Source of the DNA: Camelus dromedarius
Lineage: Eukaryota
NCBI RefSeq assembly: GCF_036321535.1
Contig: NC_087436.1
Location: 2,356,001 to 2,420,000 of the forward strand
Direction of reading: 5' to 3'
Length of the DNA stretch: 64,000 nt
Shown: positions 23,301 to 35,530 of the stretch, one piece after another
How the letters are laid out: each line of letters begins with the position of its first letter
Position numbering within the stretch: position 1 is the first letter of the stretch
The notes under the pieces: model-generated
What the model was told of the DNA's origin: nothing
Seen by the model: the letters and a program-made list of their open reading frames with translations, nothing else
Database searches by the model: none
Program-made: the position numbers and the translations under genes

Positions 23301-26004
23301 ATCTAGCAAAAATGGAATGGGATGCAGGAGAAACTTTTACTCTGGTTTCTCAGTCTGTTTCCTGTTGCCGGTTTAAAGTTCCTGCAGTTTTCACTGTAAA
23401 ACCGAGTTGGAGATAGTACCTCCCCTTATATATGTATGGATTGGAGTTTGCAACTGAAAGGAACTTTGTGTTCCCAAGAAGCTAGGTGAAGGACGGCTTT
23501 CACACACACTTATCTCTCAGAACTGAGCATGTGGAGAGACGTTCGTTCATCTAGCACAAAGGGAACGGGTTGTAGGAGAAACTTTTACTCTGGTTTCTCT
23601 GTCTGTTTCCTACTGCCGGTTTGAAGTTCCTGCAGTTTTCACTGTAAAACCGAGTTGGAGCTTGTACCTCCCCTTATATATGTATGGAGTGGAGTTTGCA
23701 AGTGAAAAGAAACTTTGTGTTCCCAACAAGCTAGGTGAAATACGGCTTTCACACACACTTATCTCTCAGAACTGAGCATGTGGAGAGACGTTCGTTCATC
23801 TAGAAAAAGGGAACGGTTTGCAGGAAAAACTTTACTCTGGTTTCTCAGTCTGTTTCCTAGTGCCGGTTTGAAGTTCCTGCAGTTTTCACTGTAAAACCGA
23901 GTTGGAGCTAGTACATTCCCATATATATGTATGGAGTTAAGTTTGCAAGTGAAAAGAAACTTTGTGTTCCCAAGAAGCTACGTGAAGGACGGCTTTCACA
24001 CACACTTATCTCTCAGAACTGAGCATGTGGAGAGACGTTCGTTCATCTAGCACAAAGGGAACGGGTTGCAGGAGAAACTTTTACTCTGGTTTTCAGTCTG
24101 TTTCCTAGTGTCGGTTTGAAGTTCCTGCAGTTTTCACTGTAAAATCGAGTTGGAGCTAGTACCTCCCCATATATATGTATGGAGTTTAGTTTGCAATTGA
24201 AAAGAAACTTTGTGTTCCCAACAAGCTAGGTGAAGGACGGCTTTCACACACAATTATCTCTCAGAACTGAGCAAGTGGAGAGACGTTCGTTCATCTAGCA
24301 CAAAAGGAACGGTTTGCAGGAGAAAGTTTTTCTCTGGTTTCTCAGTCTGTTTCCTGTTGCCGGTTTAAAGTTCCTGCAGTTTTCACTGTAAAACCGAGTT
24401 GGAGCTAGTACCTCCCCATATATATGTATGGAGTGTAGTTTGCAACTGAAAGGAACTTTGTGTTCCCAAGAAGCTATGTGAAGGTCGGCTTTCACACACA
24501 CTTATCTCTCAGAACTGAGCATGTGGAGAGACGATCGTTCATCTAGCAAAATGGGAACGGGTGGCAGGAGAAACTTTTACTGTGGTTTCTCAGTCTGTTT
24601 TCTACTGCTGGTTTGACGTTCCTGCAGTTTTCACTGTAAAACCGACTTTGAGGTTGTACCTCCCCATATATATGTATGGAGTGGAGTTTGCAACTGAAAA
24701 GAAAGTTTGTGTTCCCAACAACCTAGGTGAAGGACGGCTTTCACACACACTTATCTCTCAGAACTGAGCATGTGGAGAGACGTTCGTTCATCTAGCAAAA
24801 ATGGAATGGGATGCAGGAGAAACTTTTACTCTGGTTTCTCAGTCTGCTTCCTAGTGCCGATTTGGAGTTCCTGCAGTTTTCACTGTAAAACCGAGTTGGA
24901 GCTAGTACCTCCCCAACTATATGTATGGAGTGGGGTTTGCAAGTGAAAAGAAACTTTGTGTTCCCAAAAAGCTGGTTGAAGGACGGCTTTCACACACACT
25001 TATCTCTCAGAACTGAGCATGTGGAGAGACGTTCGTTCATCTAGCAAAAATGGAACGGGTTGCAGGAGAAACTTTACTCTGGTTTCTCAGTCTGTTTCCT
25101 AGTGCCGTTTTGAAGTTCCTGCAGTTTTCACTGTAAAACCGAGTTGGAGCTAGTACCTCCCCATATATATGTATGGAGTTTAGTTTGCAAGTGAAAAGAA
25201 GCTTTGTGTCCACAACAAGCTAGGTGAAGGACGGCTTTCACACACACTTATCTCTCAGAACTGAGCATGTGGAGAGACGTTCGTTCATCTAGCACAAAGG
25301 GAACTGTTTGAAGGGGAAACTTTTACTCTGGTTTCTCAGTCTGTTTCCTGTTGCCGGTTTGAAGTTCCTGCAGTTTTCACTGTACAACCCAGTTGGTGCT
25401 AGTACCTCCCCATATAAAATTATGGAGTGGAGTTTCAACTGAAAAGAAACTTTGTGTTCCCAAGAGGCTAGGTGAAGGACGGCTTTCACACACACTTATC
25501 TCTCTGAACTGAGCATGGGTAGAGAGCTTCGTTCATCTAGCACAAAGGGAACGGTTTGCAGGAGAAACTTTACTCTGGTTTCTCAGTCTGTTTCCTAGTG
25601 CCGGTTACAAGTTCCTGCAGTTTTCACTGTAAAACCGAGTTGGAGCTAGTACCTCACCATATATAGGTATGGAGTGGAGTTTGCAACTGAAAAGAAACTT
25701 TGAGTTCCCAATAAGCAAGTTGAAGGACGGCTTTCACACACATTTATCTCTCAGAACTGAGCAAGTGGAGAGACGTTCATTCATCTAGTACAAAGGGAAC
25801 GGGTTGTAGGTGAAACTTTTTCTCTAGTTTCTCAGTCTGTTTCCTACTGCCGGTTTAAAGTTCCTGCAGTTTTCACTGTAAAACCGAGTTGGAGCTAGTA
25901 CCTCCCCATATATATTTATGGATTGGAGTTTGCAAATGAAAGGAACTTTGTGTTCCCAAGAAGCTAGGTGAAGGACGGCTTTCACACACACTTATCTCTC
26001 AGAA

Positions 26005-29000
26005 CTGAGCATGTGGAGAGACGTTCGTTCATCTAGCACAAAGGGAACGGCTTGCAGGAGAAACTTTTACTCTGGTTTCTCAGTCTGTTTCCTGTTGCCG
26101 GTTTGAAGTTCCTGCAGTTTTCACTGTAAAACCGAGTTGGAGCTTGTACCTCCCCTTATATATGTATGGAGTGGAGTTTGCAAGTGAAAAGAAACTTTGT
26201 GTTCCCAACAAGCTAGGTGAAGGACGGCTTTCACACACACTTATCTCTCAGAACTGAGCATGTGGAGAGACGTTCGTTCATATAGCACAAATGGAACGGT
26301 TTGCAGGAAAAACTTTACTCTGGTTTCTCAGTCTGTTTCCTAGTGCCGGTTTGAAGTTCCTGCAGTTTTCACTGTAAAACCGAGTTGGAGCTAGTACCTT
26401 CCCATATATATGTATGGAGTTAAGTTTGCAAGTGAAAAGAAACTTTGTGTTCCCAAGAAGCTACATGAAGGACGGCTTTCACACACACTTATCTCTCAGA
26501 ACTGAGCATGTGGAGAGACGTTCGTTCATCTAGCAGAAAGGGAACGGGTTGCAGGAGAAACTTTTACTCTGGTTTCTCAGTCTGTTTCCTAGTGTCGGTT
26601 TGAAGTTCCTGCAGTTTTCACTGTAAAATCGAGTTGGAGCTAGTACCTCCCCATATATATGTATGGAGTTTAGTTTGCAATTGAAAAGAAACTTTGTGTT
26701 CCCTACAAGCTAGGTGAAGTACGGCTTTCACACACAATTCTCTCTCAGAGCTGAGCAAGAGGAGAGACGTTCGTTTATCTAGCACAAAAGAACGGTTTGC
26801 AGGAGAAAGTTTTTCTCTGGTTTCTCAGTCTGTTTCCTTTTGCCGGTTTAAAGTTCCTGCAGTTTTCACTGTAAAACCGAGTTGGAGCTAGTACCTCCCC
26901 ATATATATTTATGGAGTGTAGTTTGCAACTGAAAGGAACTTTGTGTTCCCAAGAAGCTATGTGAAGGTCGGCTTTCACACACACTTATCTCTCAGAACTG
27001 AGCATGTGGAGAGACGATCGTTCATCTAGCAAAATGGGAACGGGTTGCAGGAGAAACTTTTATTGTGGTTTCTCAGTCTGTTTCCTAGTGCTGGTTTGAC
27101 GTTCCTGCAGTTTTCACTGTAAAACCGAGTTTGAGGTAGTACGTCCCCATATATATGTATGGAGTGGAGTTTGCAACTGAAAAGAAAGTTTGTGTTCCCA
27201 ACAAGCTAGGTGAAGGACGGCTTTCACACACACTTATCTCTCAGTACTGAGCATGTGGAGAGACGTTCGTTCATCTAGCAAAAATGGAATGGGATGCAGG
27301 AGAAACTTTTACTCTGGTTTCTCAGTCTGTTTCCTGTTGCCGGTTTAAAGTTCCTGCAGTTTTCACTGTAAAACCGAGTTGGAGGTAGTACCTCCCCTTA
27401 TATATGTATGGATTGGAGTTTGCAACTGAAAGGAACTTTGTGTTCCCAACAAGCTAGGTGAAGGACGGCTTTCACACACACTTATTTCTAAGATCTGAGC
27501 ATGTGGAGAGACGTTCGTTCATCTAGCACAAAGGGAACGGGTTGCAGGAGAAACTTTTACTCTGGTTTCTCAGTCTGTTTCCTAGTGCCGGTTTGAAGTT
27601 CCTGCAGTTTTCACTGTAAAACCGAGTTGGAGCTTGTACCTCCCCTTATATATGTATGGAGTGTAGTTTGCAAGTGAAAAGAAACTTTGTGTTCCCAACA
27701 AGCTAGGTGAAGGACGGCTTTCACACACACTTATCTCTCAGAACTGAGCATGTGGAGAGACGTTCGTTCATCTAGAAAAAGGGAACGGTTTGCAGGAAAA
27801 ACTTTACTCTGGTTTCTCAGTCTGTTTCCTAGTGCCGGTTTGAAGTTCCTGCAGTTTTCACTGTAAAACCGGGTTGGAGCTAGTACCTTCCCATATATAT
27901 GTATGGAGTTAAGTTTGCAAGTGAAAAGAAACTTTGTGTTCCCAAGAAGCTACGTGAAGGACGGCTTTCACACACACTTATCTCTCAGAACTGAGCATGT
28001 GGAGAGACGTTCCTTCATCTAGCACAAAGGGAACGGGTTGCAGGGGAAACTTTTACTCTGGTTTCTCAGTCTGTTTCCTAGTGTCGGTTTGAATTTCCTG
28101 CAGTTTTCACTGTAAAATCGAGTTGGAGCTAGTACCTCCCCATATATATGTATGGAGTTTAGTTTGCAATTGAAAAGAAACTTTGTGTTCCCAACAAGCT
28201 AGGTGAAGGACGGCTTTCACACAAAATTATCTCTCAGAACTGAGCATGTGGAGAGACTTTCGTTCATCTAGCACAAAAGGAACGGTTTGCAGGAGAAACT
28301 TTTTCTCTGGTTTCTTAGTCTGTTTCCTGTTGCCGGTTTAAAGTTCCTGCAGTTTTCACTGTAAAACCGAGTTGGAGCTAGTACCTTCCCATATATATGT
28401 ATGGAGTTATGTTTGCAAGTGAAAAGAAACTTTGTGTTCCCAAGAAGCTACGTGAAGTACGGCTTTCACACACACTTATCTCTCAGAACTGAGCATGTGG
28501 AGAGACGTTCGTTCATCTAGCACAAAGGGAACGGGTTGCAGGAGAAACTTTTACTCTGGTTTCTCAGTCTGTTTCCTAGTATCGGTTTGAAGTTCCTGCA
28601 GTTTTCACTGTAAAACCGAGTTTGAGGTAGTACCTCCCCATATATATTTATGGAGTGGAGTTTGCAACTGAAAAGAAAGTTTGTGTTCCCAACAAGCTAG
28701 GTGAAGGACGGCTTTCACACACACTTATCTCTCAGTACTGAGCATGTGGAGAGACGTTCGTTCATCTAGCACAAAGGGAACGGCTTGCAGGAGAAACTTT
28801 TACTCTGGTTTCTCAGTCTGTTTCCTGTTGCCGGTTTGAAGTTCCTGCAGTTTTCACTGTAAAACCGAGTTGGAGCTTGTACCTCCCCTTATATATGTAT
28901 GGAGTGGAGTTTGCAAGTGAAAAGAAACTTTGTGTTCCCAACAAGCTAGGTGAAGGACGGCTTTCACACACACTTATCTCTCAGAACTGAGCATGTGGAG

Positions 29001-32000
29001 AGACGTTCGTTCATATAGCACAAATGGAACGGTTTGCAGGAAAAACTTTACTCTGGTTTCTCAGTCTGTTTCCTAGTGCCGGTTTGAAGTTCCTGCAGTT
29101 TTCACTGTAAAACCGAGTTGGAGCTAGTACCTTCCCATATATATGTATGGAGTTAAGTTTGCAAGTGAAAAGAAACTTTGTGTTCCCAAGAAGCTACGTG
29201 AAGTACGGCTTTCACACACACTTATCTCTCAGAACTGAGCATGTGGAGAGACGTTCGTTCATCTAGCACAAAGGGAACGGGTTGCAGGAGAAACTTTTAC
29301 TCTGGTTTCTCAGTCTGTTTCCTAGTATCGGTTTGAAGTTCCTGCAGTTTTCACTGTAAAACCGAGTTTGAGGTAGTACCTCCCCATATATATGTATGGA
29401 GTGGAGTTTGCAACTGAAAAGAAAGTTTGTGTTCCCAACAAGCTAGGTGAAGGACGGCTTTCACACACACTTATCTCTCAGTACTGAGCATGTGGAGAGA
29501 CGTTCGTTCATCTAGCACAAAGGGAACGGCTTGCAGGAGAAACTTTTACTCTGGTTTCTCAGTCTGTTTCCTGTTGCCGGTTTGAAGTTCCTGCAGTTTT
29601 CACTGTAAAACCGAGTTGGAGCTTGTACCTCCCCTTATATATGTATGGAGTGGAGTTTGCAAGTGAAAAGAAACTTTGTGTTCCCAACAAGCTAGGTGAA
29701 GGACGGCTTTCACACACACTTATCTCTCAGAACTGAGCATGTGGAGAGACGTTCGTTCATATAGCACAAATGGAACGGTTTGCAGGAAAAACTTTACTCT
29801 GGTTTCTCAGTCTGTTTCCTAGTGCCGGTTTGAAGTTCCTGCAGTTTTCATTGTAAAACCGAGTTGGAGCTAGTACCTTCCCATATATATGTATGGAGTT
29901 AAGTTTGCAAGTGAAAAGAAACTTTGTGTTCCCAAGAAGCTACGTGAAGGACGGCTTTCACACACACTTATCTCTCAGAACTGAGCATGTGGAGAGACGT
30001 TCGTTCATCTAGCAGAAAGGGAACGGGTTGCAGGAGAAACTTTTACTCTGGTTTCTCAGTCTGTTTCCTAGTGTCGGTTTGAAGTTCCTGCAGTTTTCAC
30101 TGCAAAATCGAGTTGGAGCTAGTACCTCCCCATATATATGTATGGAGTTTAGTTTGCAATTGAAAAGAAACTTTGTGTTCCCAACAAGCTAGGTGAAGTA
30201 CGGCTTTCACACACAATTCTCTCTCAGAGCTGAGCAAGAGGAGAGACGTTCGTTTATCTAGCACAAAAGAACGGTTTGCAGGAGAAAGTTTTTCTCTGGT
30301 TTCTCAGTCTGTTTCCTTTTGCCGGTTTAAAGTTCCTGCAGTTTTCACTGTAAAACCGAGTTGGAGCTAGTACCTCCCCATATATATTTATGGAGTGTAG
30401 TTTGCAACTGAAAGGAACTTTGTGTTCCCAAGAAGCTATGTGAAGGTCGGCTTTCACACACACTTATCTCTCAGAACTGAGCATGTGGAGAGACGATCGT
30501 TCATCTAGCAAAATGGGAACGGGTTGCAGGAGAAACTTTTATAGTGGTTTCTCAGTCTGTTTCCTAGTGCTGGTTTGACGTTCCTGCAGTTTTCACTGTA
30601 AAACCGAGTTTGAGGTAGTACGTCCCCATATATATGTATGGAGTGGAGTTTGCAACTGAAAAGAAAGTTTGTGTTCCCAACAAGCTAGGTGAAGGACGGC
30701 TTTCACACACACTTATCTCTCAGTACTGAGCATGTGGAGAGACGTTCGTTCATCTAGCAAAAATGGAATGGGATGCAGGAGAAACTTTTACTCTGGTTTC
30801 TCAGTCTGTTTCCTGTTGCCGGTTTAAAGTTCCTGCAGTTTTCACTGTAAAACCGAGTTGGAGCTAGTACCTCCCCTTATATATGTATGGATTGGAGTTT
30901 GCAACTGAAAGGAACTTTGTGTTCCCAACAAGCTAGGTGAAGGACGGCTTTCACACACACTTATTTCTAAGATCTGAGCATGTGGAGAGACGTTCGTTCA
31001 TCTAGCACAAAGGGAACGGGTTGCAGGAGAAACTTTTACTCTGGTTTCTCAGTCTGTTTCCTAGTGCCGGTTTGAAGTTCCTGCAGTTTTCACTGTAAAA
31101 CCGAGTTGGAGCTTGTACCTCCCCATATATATGTATGGAGTGTAGTTTGCAAGTGAAAAGAAACTTTGTGTTCCCAACAAGCTAGGTGAAGGACGGCTTT
31201 CACACACACTTATCTCTCAGAACTGAGCATGTGGAGAGACGTTCGTTCATCTAGAAAAAGGGAACGGTTTGCAGGAAAAACTTTACTCTGGTTTCTCAGT
31301 CTGTTTCCTAGTGCCGGTTTGAAGTTCCTGCAGTTTTCACTGTAAAACCGGGTTGGAGCTAGTACCTTCCCATATATATGTATGGAGTTAAGTTTGCAAG
31401 TGAAAAGAAACTTTGTGTTCCCAAGAAGCTACGTGAAGGACGGCTTTCACACACACTTATCTCTCAGAACTGAGCATGTGGAAAGACGTTCCTTCATCTA
31501 GCACAAAGGGAACGGGTTGCAGGGGAAACTTTTACTCTGGTTTCTCAGTCTGTTTCCTAGTGTCGGTTTGAATTTCCTGCAGTTTTCACTGTAAAATCGA
31601 GTTGGAGCTAGTACCTCCCCATATATATGTATGGAGTTTAGTTTGCAATTGAAAAGAAACTTTGTGTTCCCAACAAGCTAGGTGAAGGACGGCTTTCACA
31701 CAAAATTATCTCTCAGAACTGAGCATGTGGAGAGACTTTCGTTCATCTAGCACAAAAGGAACGGTTTGCAGGAGAAACTTTTTCTCTGGTTTCTTAGTCT
31801 GTTTCCTGTTGCCGGTTTAAAGTTCCTGCAGTTTTCACTGTAAAACCGAGTTGGAGCTAGTACCTTCCCATATATATGTATGGAGTTATGTTTGCAAGTG
31901 AAAAGAAACTTTGTGTTCCCAAGAAGCTACGTGAAGTACGGCTTTCACACACACTTATCTCTCAGAACTGAGCATGTGGAGAGACGTTCGTTCATCTAGC

Positions 32001-32250
32001 ACAAAGGGAACGGGTTGCAGGAGAAACTTTTACTCTGGTTTCTCAGTCTGTTTCCTAGTATCGGTTTGAAGTTCCTGCAGTTTTCACTGTAAAACCGAGT
32101 TTGAGGTAGTACCTCCCCATATATATGTATGGAGTGGAGTTTGCAACTGAAAAGAAAGTTTGTGTTCCCAACAAGCTAGGTGAAGGACGGCTTTCACACA
32201 CACTTATCTCTCAGTACTGAGCATGTGGAGAGACGTTCGTTCATCTAGCA
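26005..32250. repeat. 11-monomer duplication with a nested 3-monomer duplication (net 3479 bp offset, 14 monomers)
   Basis: ORFs 26775/30254 are offset by 3479. The marker CGGCTTGCAG lies at 26048, 28781 (+2733, 11 monomers) and 29527 (+746, 3 monomers). Shared private variants include CAATTCTCTCTCAGAGCTGAGCAAGAG and TTATTTCTAAGATC. Confidence 0.88.
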
Positions 32251-34479
32251 AAAATGGAATGGGATGCAGGAGAAACTTTTACTCTGGTTTCTCAGTCTGT
32301 TTCCTAGTGCCGGTTGAAGTTCCTGCAGTTTTCACTGTAAATCCGAGTTGGAGCTATTACCTCCCCATATATATGTATATAGTGGTGTATGCAAGTGAAA
32401 AGAAACTTTGTGTTCCCAAAAAGCTGGTTGAAGGAAGGCTTTCACACACACTTATCTCTCAGTACTGAGCATGTGGAGAGACGTTCGTTCATCTAGCACA
32501 AAGGGAACGGGTTGCAGGAGAAACATATACTCTGGTTTCTCAGTCTGTTTCCTGTTGCCGGTTTGAAGTTCCTGCATTTTTCACTGTAAAACCGATTTGG
32601 AGCTAGTACCTCCCCATATATATGTATGGAATGGAGTTTCCAACTGAAAACAAACTTTGTGTTCCCAACAAGCTAGGTGAAGCACGGCTTTCACACACAA
32701 TTATCTCTCAGAACTGAGCAAGTGGAGAGACGTTCTTTCATCTAGCACAAAGGGAACGGATTGCAGGAGAAACTTTTTCTCTTGTTTCCCAGTCTGTTTC
32801 CTGTTGCCGGTTTAAAGTTCCTGCATTTTCACTGTAAAACCGAGTTGGAGCTTGTACATCCCCATATATATGTATGGACTGGCGTTTGCAACTGAAAGGA
32901 ACTTTGTGTTCCCAAGGAGCTAGGTGAAGGACGGCTTTCACACACACTTTTCTCTCTGAACTGACAATGTGTAGAGAGCTTCGTTCATCTAGCACAAGGG
33001 AACGGTTTGCAGGAGAAACTTTTACTCTGGTTTCTCAGTCTGTTTCCTAGTATCGGTTTGAAGTTCCAGCAGATTTCACTGTAAAACCGAGTTGGAGCTA
33101 GTACCTCCCCATATATATGTATGGAGTTTAGTATGCAAGTTAAAAGAAACTTTGTGTTCCCAACAAGCTAGGTGAAGGATGGCTTTCACATACACTTATC
33201 TCTCTGAACTGAGCATGCGTAGAGAGCTTCGTTCATCTAGCACAAGGGAACGGTTTGCAGGAGAAACTTTTCTCTGTTTTCTCAGTCTGTTTCCTAGTGC
33301 CGTTTTGAAGTTACTGCAGTTTTCACTGTAAAACCGATTTGGAGCTAGTACCTCCCCATATATATGTATGGAGTGGAGTTTGCAACTGAAAAGAAACTTT
33401 GTGTTCCCAACAAGCTAGGTGAAGGACGGCTTTCACACACATTTATCTCTCAGAACTGAGCAAGTGGAGAGACGTTCGTTCATCTAGTACAAAGGGAACG
33501 GGTTGCAGGTGAAACTTTTTCTCTAATTTCTCAGTCTGTTTCCTAGTGCCGTTTTGAAGTTCCTGCAGTTTTCACTGTAAAACCGAGTTGGAGCTAGTAC
33601 CTCCCCATATATATGTATGGATTGGAGTTTGCAACTGGAAGGAACTTTGTGTTCCCAAGAAGCTAGGTGAAGGACGGCTTTCACACACACTTATCTCTCA
33701 GAACAGAGCATGTGGAGAGACGTTCGTTCATCTAGCAAAAAGGGAACGGGTTGCAGAAGAGACTTTACTCTGGTTTCTCAGTCTGTTTCCTAGTGCCTGT
33801 TTGAAGTTCCTGCAGTTTTCACTGTAAAACCGAGTTGGAGCTAGTACCTCCCCATATATATGTATGGAGTTTAGTTTGCAATTGAAAAGAAACTTTGTGT
33901 TCCCAACGAGCTAGGTGAAGGACGGCTTTCACACACACATATCTCTGAGAACTGAGCATGTGGAGAGACGTTCGTTCATCTAGCACAAAGGGAACGGGTT
34001 GCAGGAGAAACATATACTGTGGTTTCTCAGTCTGTTTCCTGTTGCCGGTTTGAAGTTCTTGCAATTTTCACTGTAAAACCGAGTTGGTGCTATTACCACC
34101 CATATATATGTATGGAGTGGAGTTTCAAGTGAAAAGAAACTTTGTGTTCCCAAGAGGCTAGGTGAAGGACGGCATTCACACACAATTATCTCTCTGAACT
34201 GACCATGCGTAGAGAGCTTCGTTCATCTAGCACAAAGGGAAAGGTTTGCAGGAGAAACTTTTCTCTGTTTTCTCAGTCTGTTTCCTAGTGCCGGTTTGAA
34301 GTTCCTGCAGTTTTCACTGTAAAACCGATTTGGAGCTAGTACCTCCCCATATATATGTATGGAGTGGGGTTTCCAACTGAAAAGAAACTTTGTGTTCCCA
34401 ACAAGCTAGGTGAAGGACGGCTTTCACACACAATTATCTCTCAGAACTGAGCAAGTGGAGAGACGTCCGTTCATCTAGC

Positions 34480-34975
34480 ACAAAGGGAACGGATTGCAGG
34501 AGAAACTTATCTCTTGTTTCCCAGTCTGTTTCCTGTTGCCGGTTTAAAGTTCCTGCATTTTCACTGTAAAACTGAGTTGGAGCTTGTACCTCCCCATATA
34601 TATGTATGGAGTGGCGTTTGCAACTGAAAGGTACTTTGTGTTCCCAAGGAGCTAGGTGAAGGACGGCTTTAACCCACACTTATTTCTCAGAATTGAGCAT
34701 GAGGAGAGATGTTCGTTCAAATAGCACAAAGGGAACGGATTGCAGGAGAAACTTTTTCTCTTGTTTCCCAGTCTGTTTCCTGTTGCCGGTTTAAAGTTCC
34801 TGCATTTTCACTGTAAAACTGAGTTGGAGCTTGTACCTCCCCATATATATGTATGGAGTGGCGTTTGCAACTGAAAGGAACTTTGTGTTCCCAAGGAGCT
34901 AGGTGAAGGACGGCTTTAACCCACACTTATCTCTCAGAATTGAGCATGAGGAGAGATGTTCGTTCAAATAGCACA
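34480..34975. repeat. Single-monomer tandem duplication (247 bp variant monomer)
   Basis: ORF ends 34679 and 34926 are 247 apart. Adjacent monomers share CGGATTGC, GCATTTTCAC, AAACTGAG, GGCGTTTG, CTTTAACCCAC and CAAATAGC. Confidence 0.83.
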
Positions 34976-35530
34976 AAGGGAACGGGTTGCAGGAGAAACT
35001 TTTACTCTGTTTTCTCAGTCTGTTTCCTAGTGTCGGTTTGAAGTTCCTGCAGTTTTCACTGTAAAATCGAGTTGGAGCTAGTACCATCCCATATATATGT
35101 ATGGAGTTTAGTTTGCAATTGAAAAGAAACTTTGTGTTCACAACAAGCTAGGTGTAGGACGGCTTTCACACACACTTATCTCTCAGAACTGAGCATGTGT
35201 AGAGACTTTGGTTCATCTAGCACAAAGGGAACGGGTTGCAGGAGAAACTTTTACTCTGGTTTCTCAGTCTCTTTCCTGTTGCCGGTTTGAAGTTCCTGCA
35301 GTTTTCACTGTATAACCGAGTTGGTGCTAGTACTTCCCCATATATATCTATGGAGTGGAGTTTCAACTGAAAAGAAACTTTGTGTTCCCAAGAGGATAGG
35401 TGAAGGACGGCTTTCACACACACTTATCTCTCTGAACTGACAATGTGTAGAGAGCTTCGTTCATCTAGCACAAACGGAACGGGTTGCAGGAGAAACTTTT
35501 CTCTGTATTCTCAGTCTGTTTCCTGTTGCC

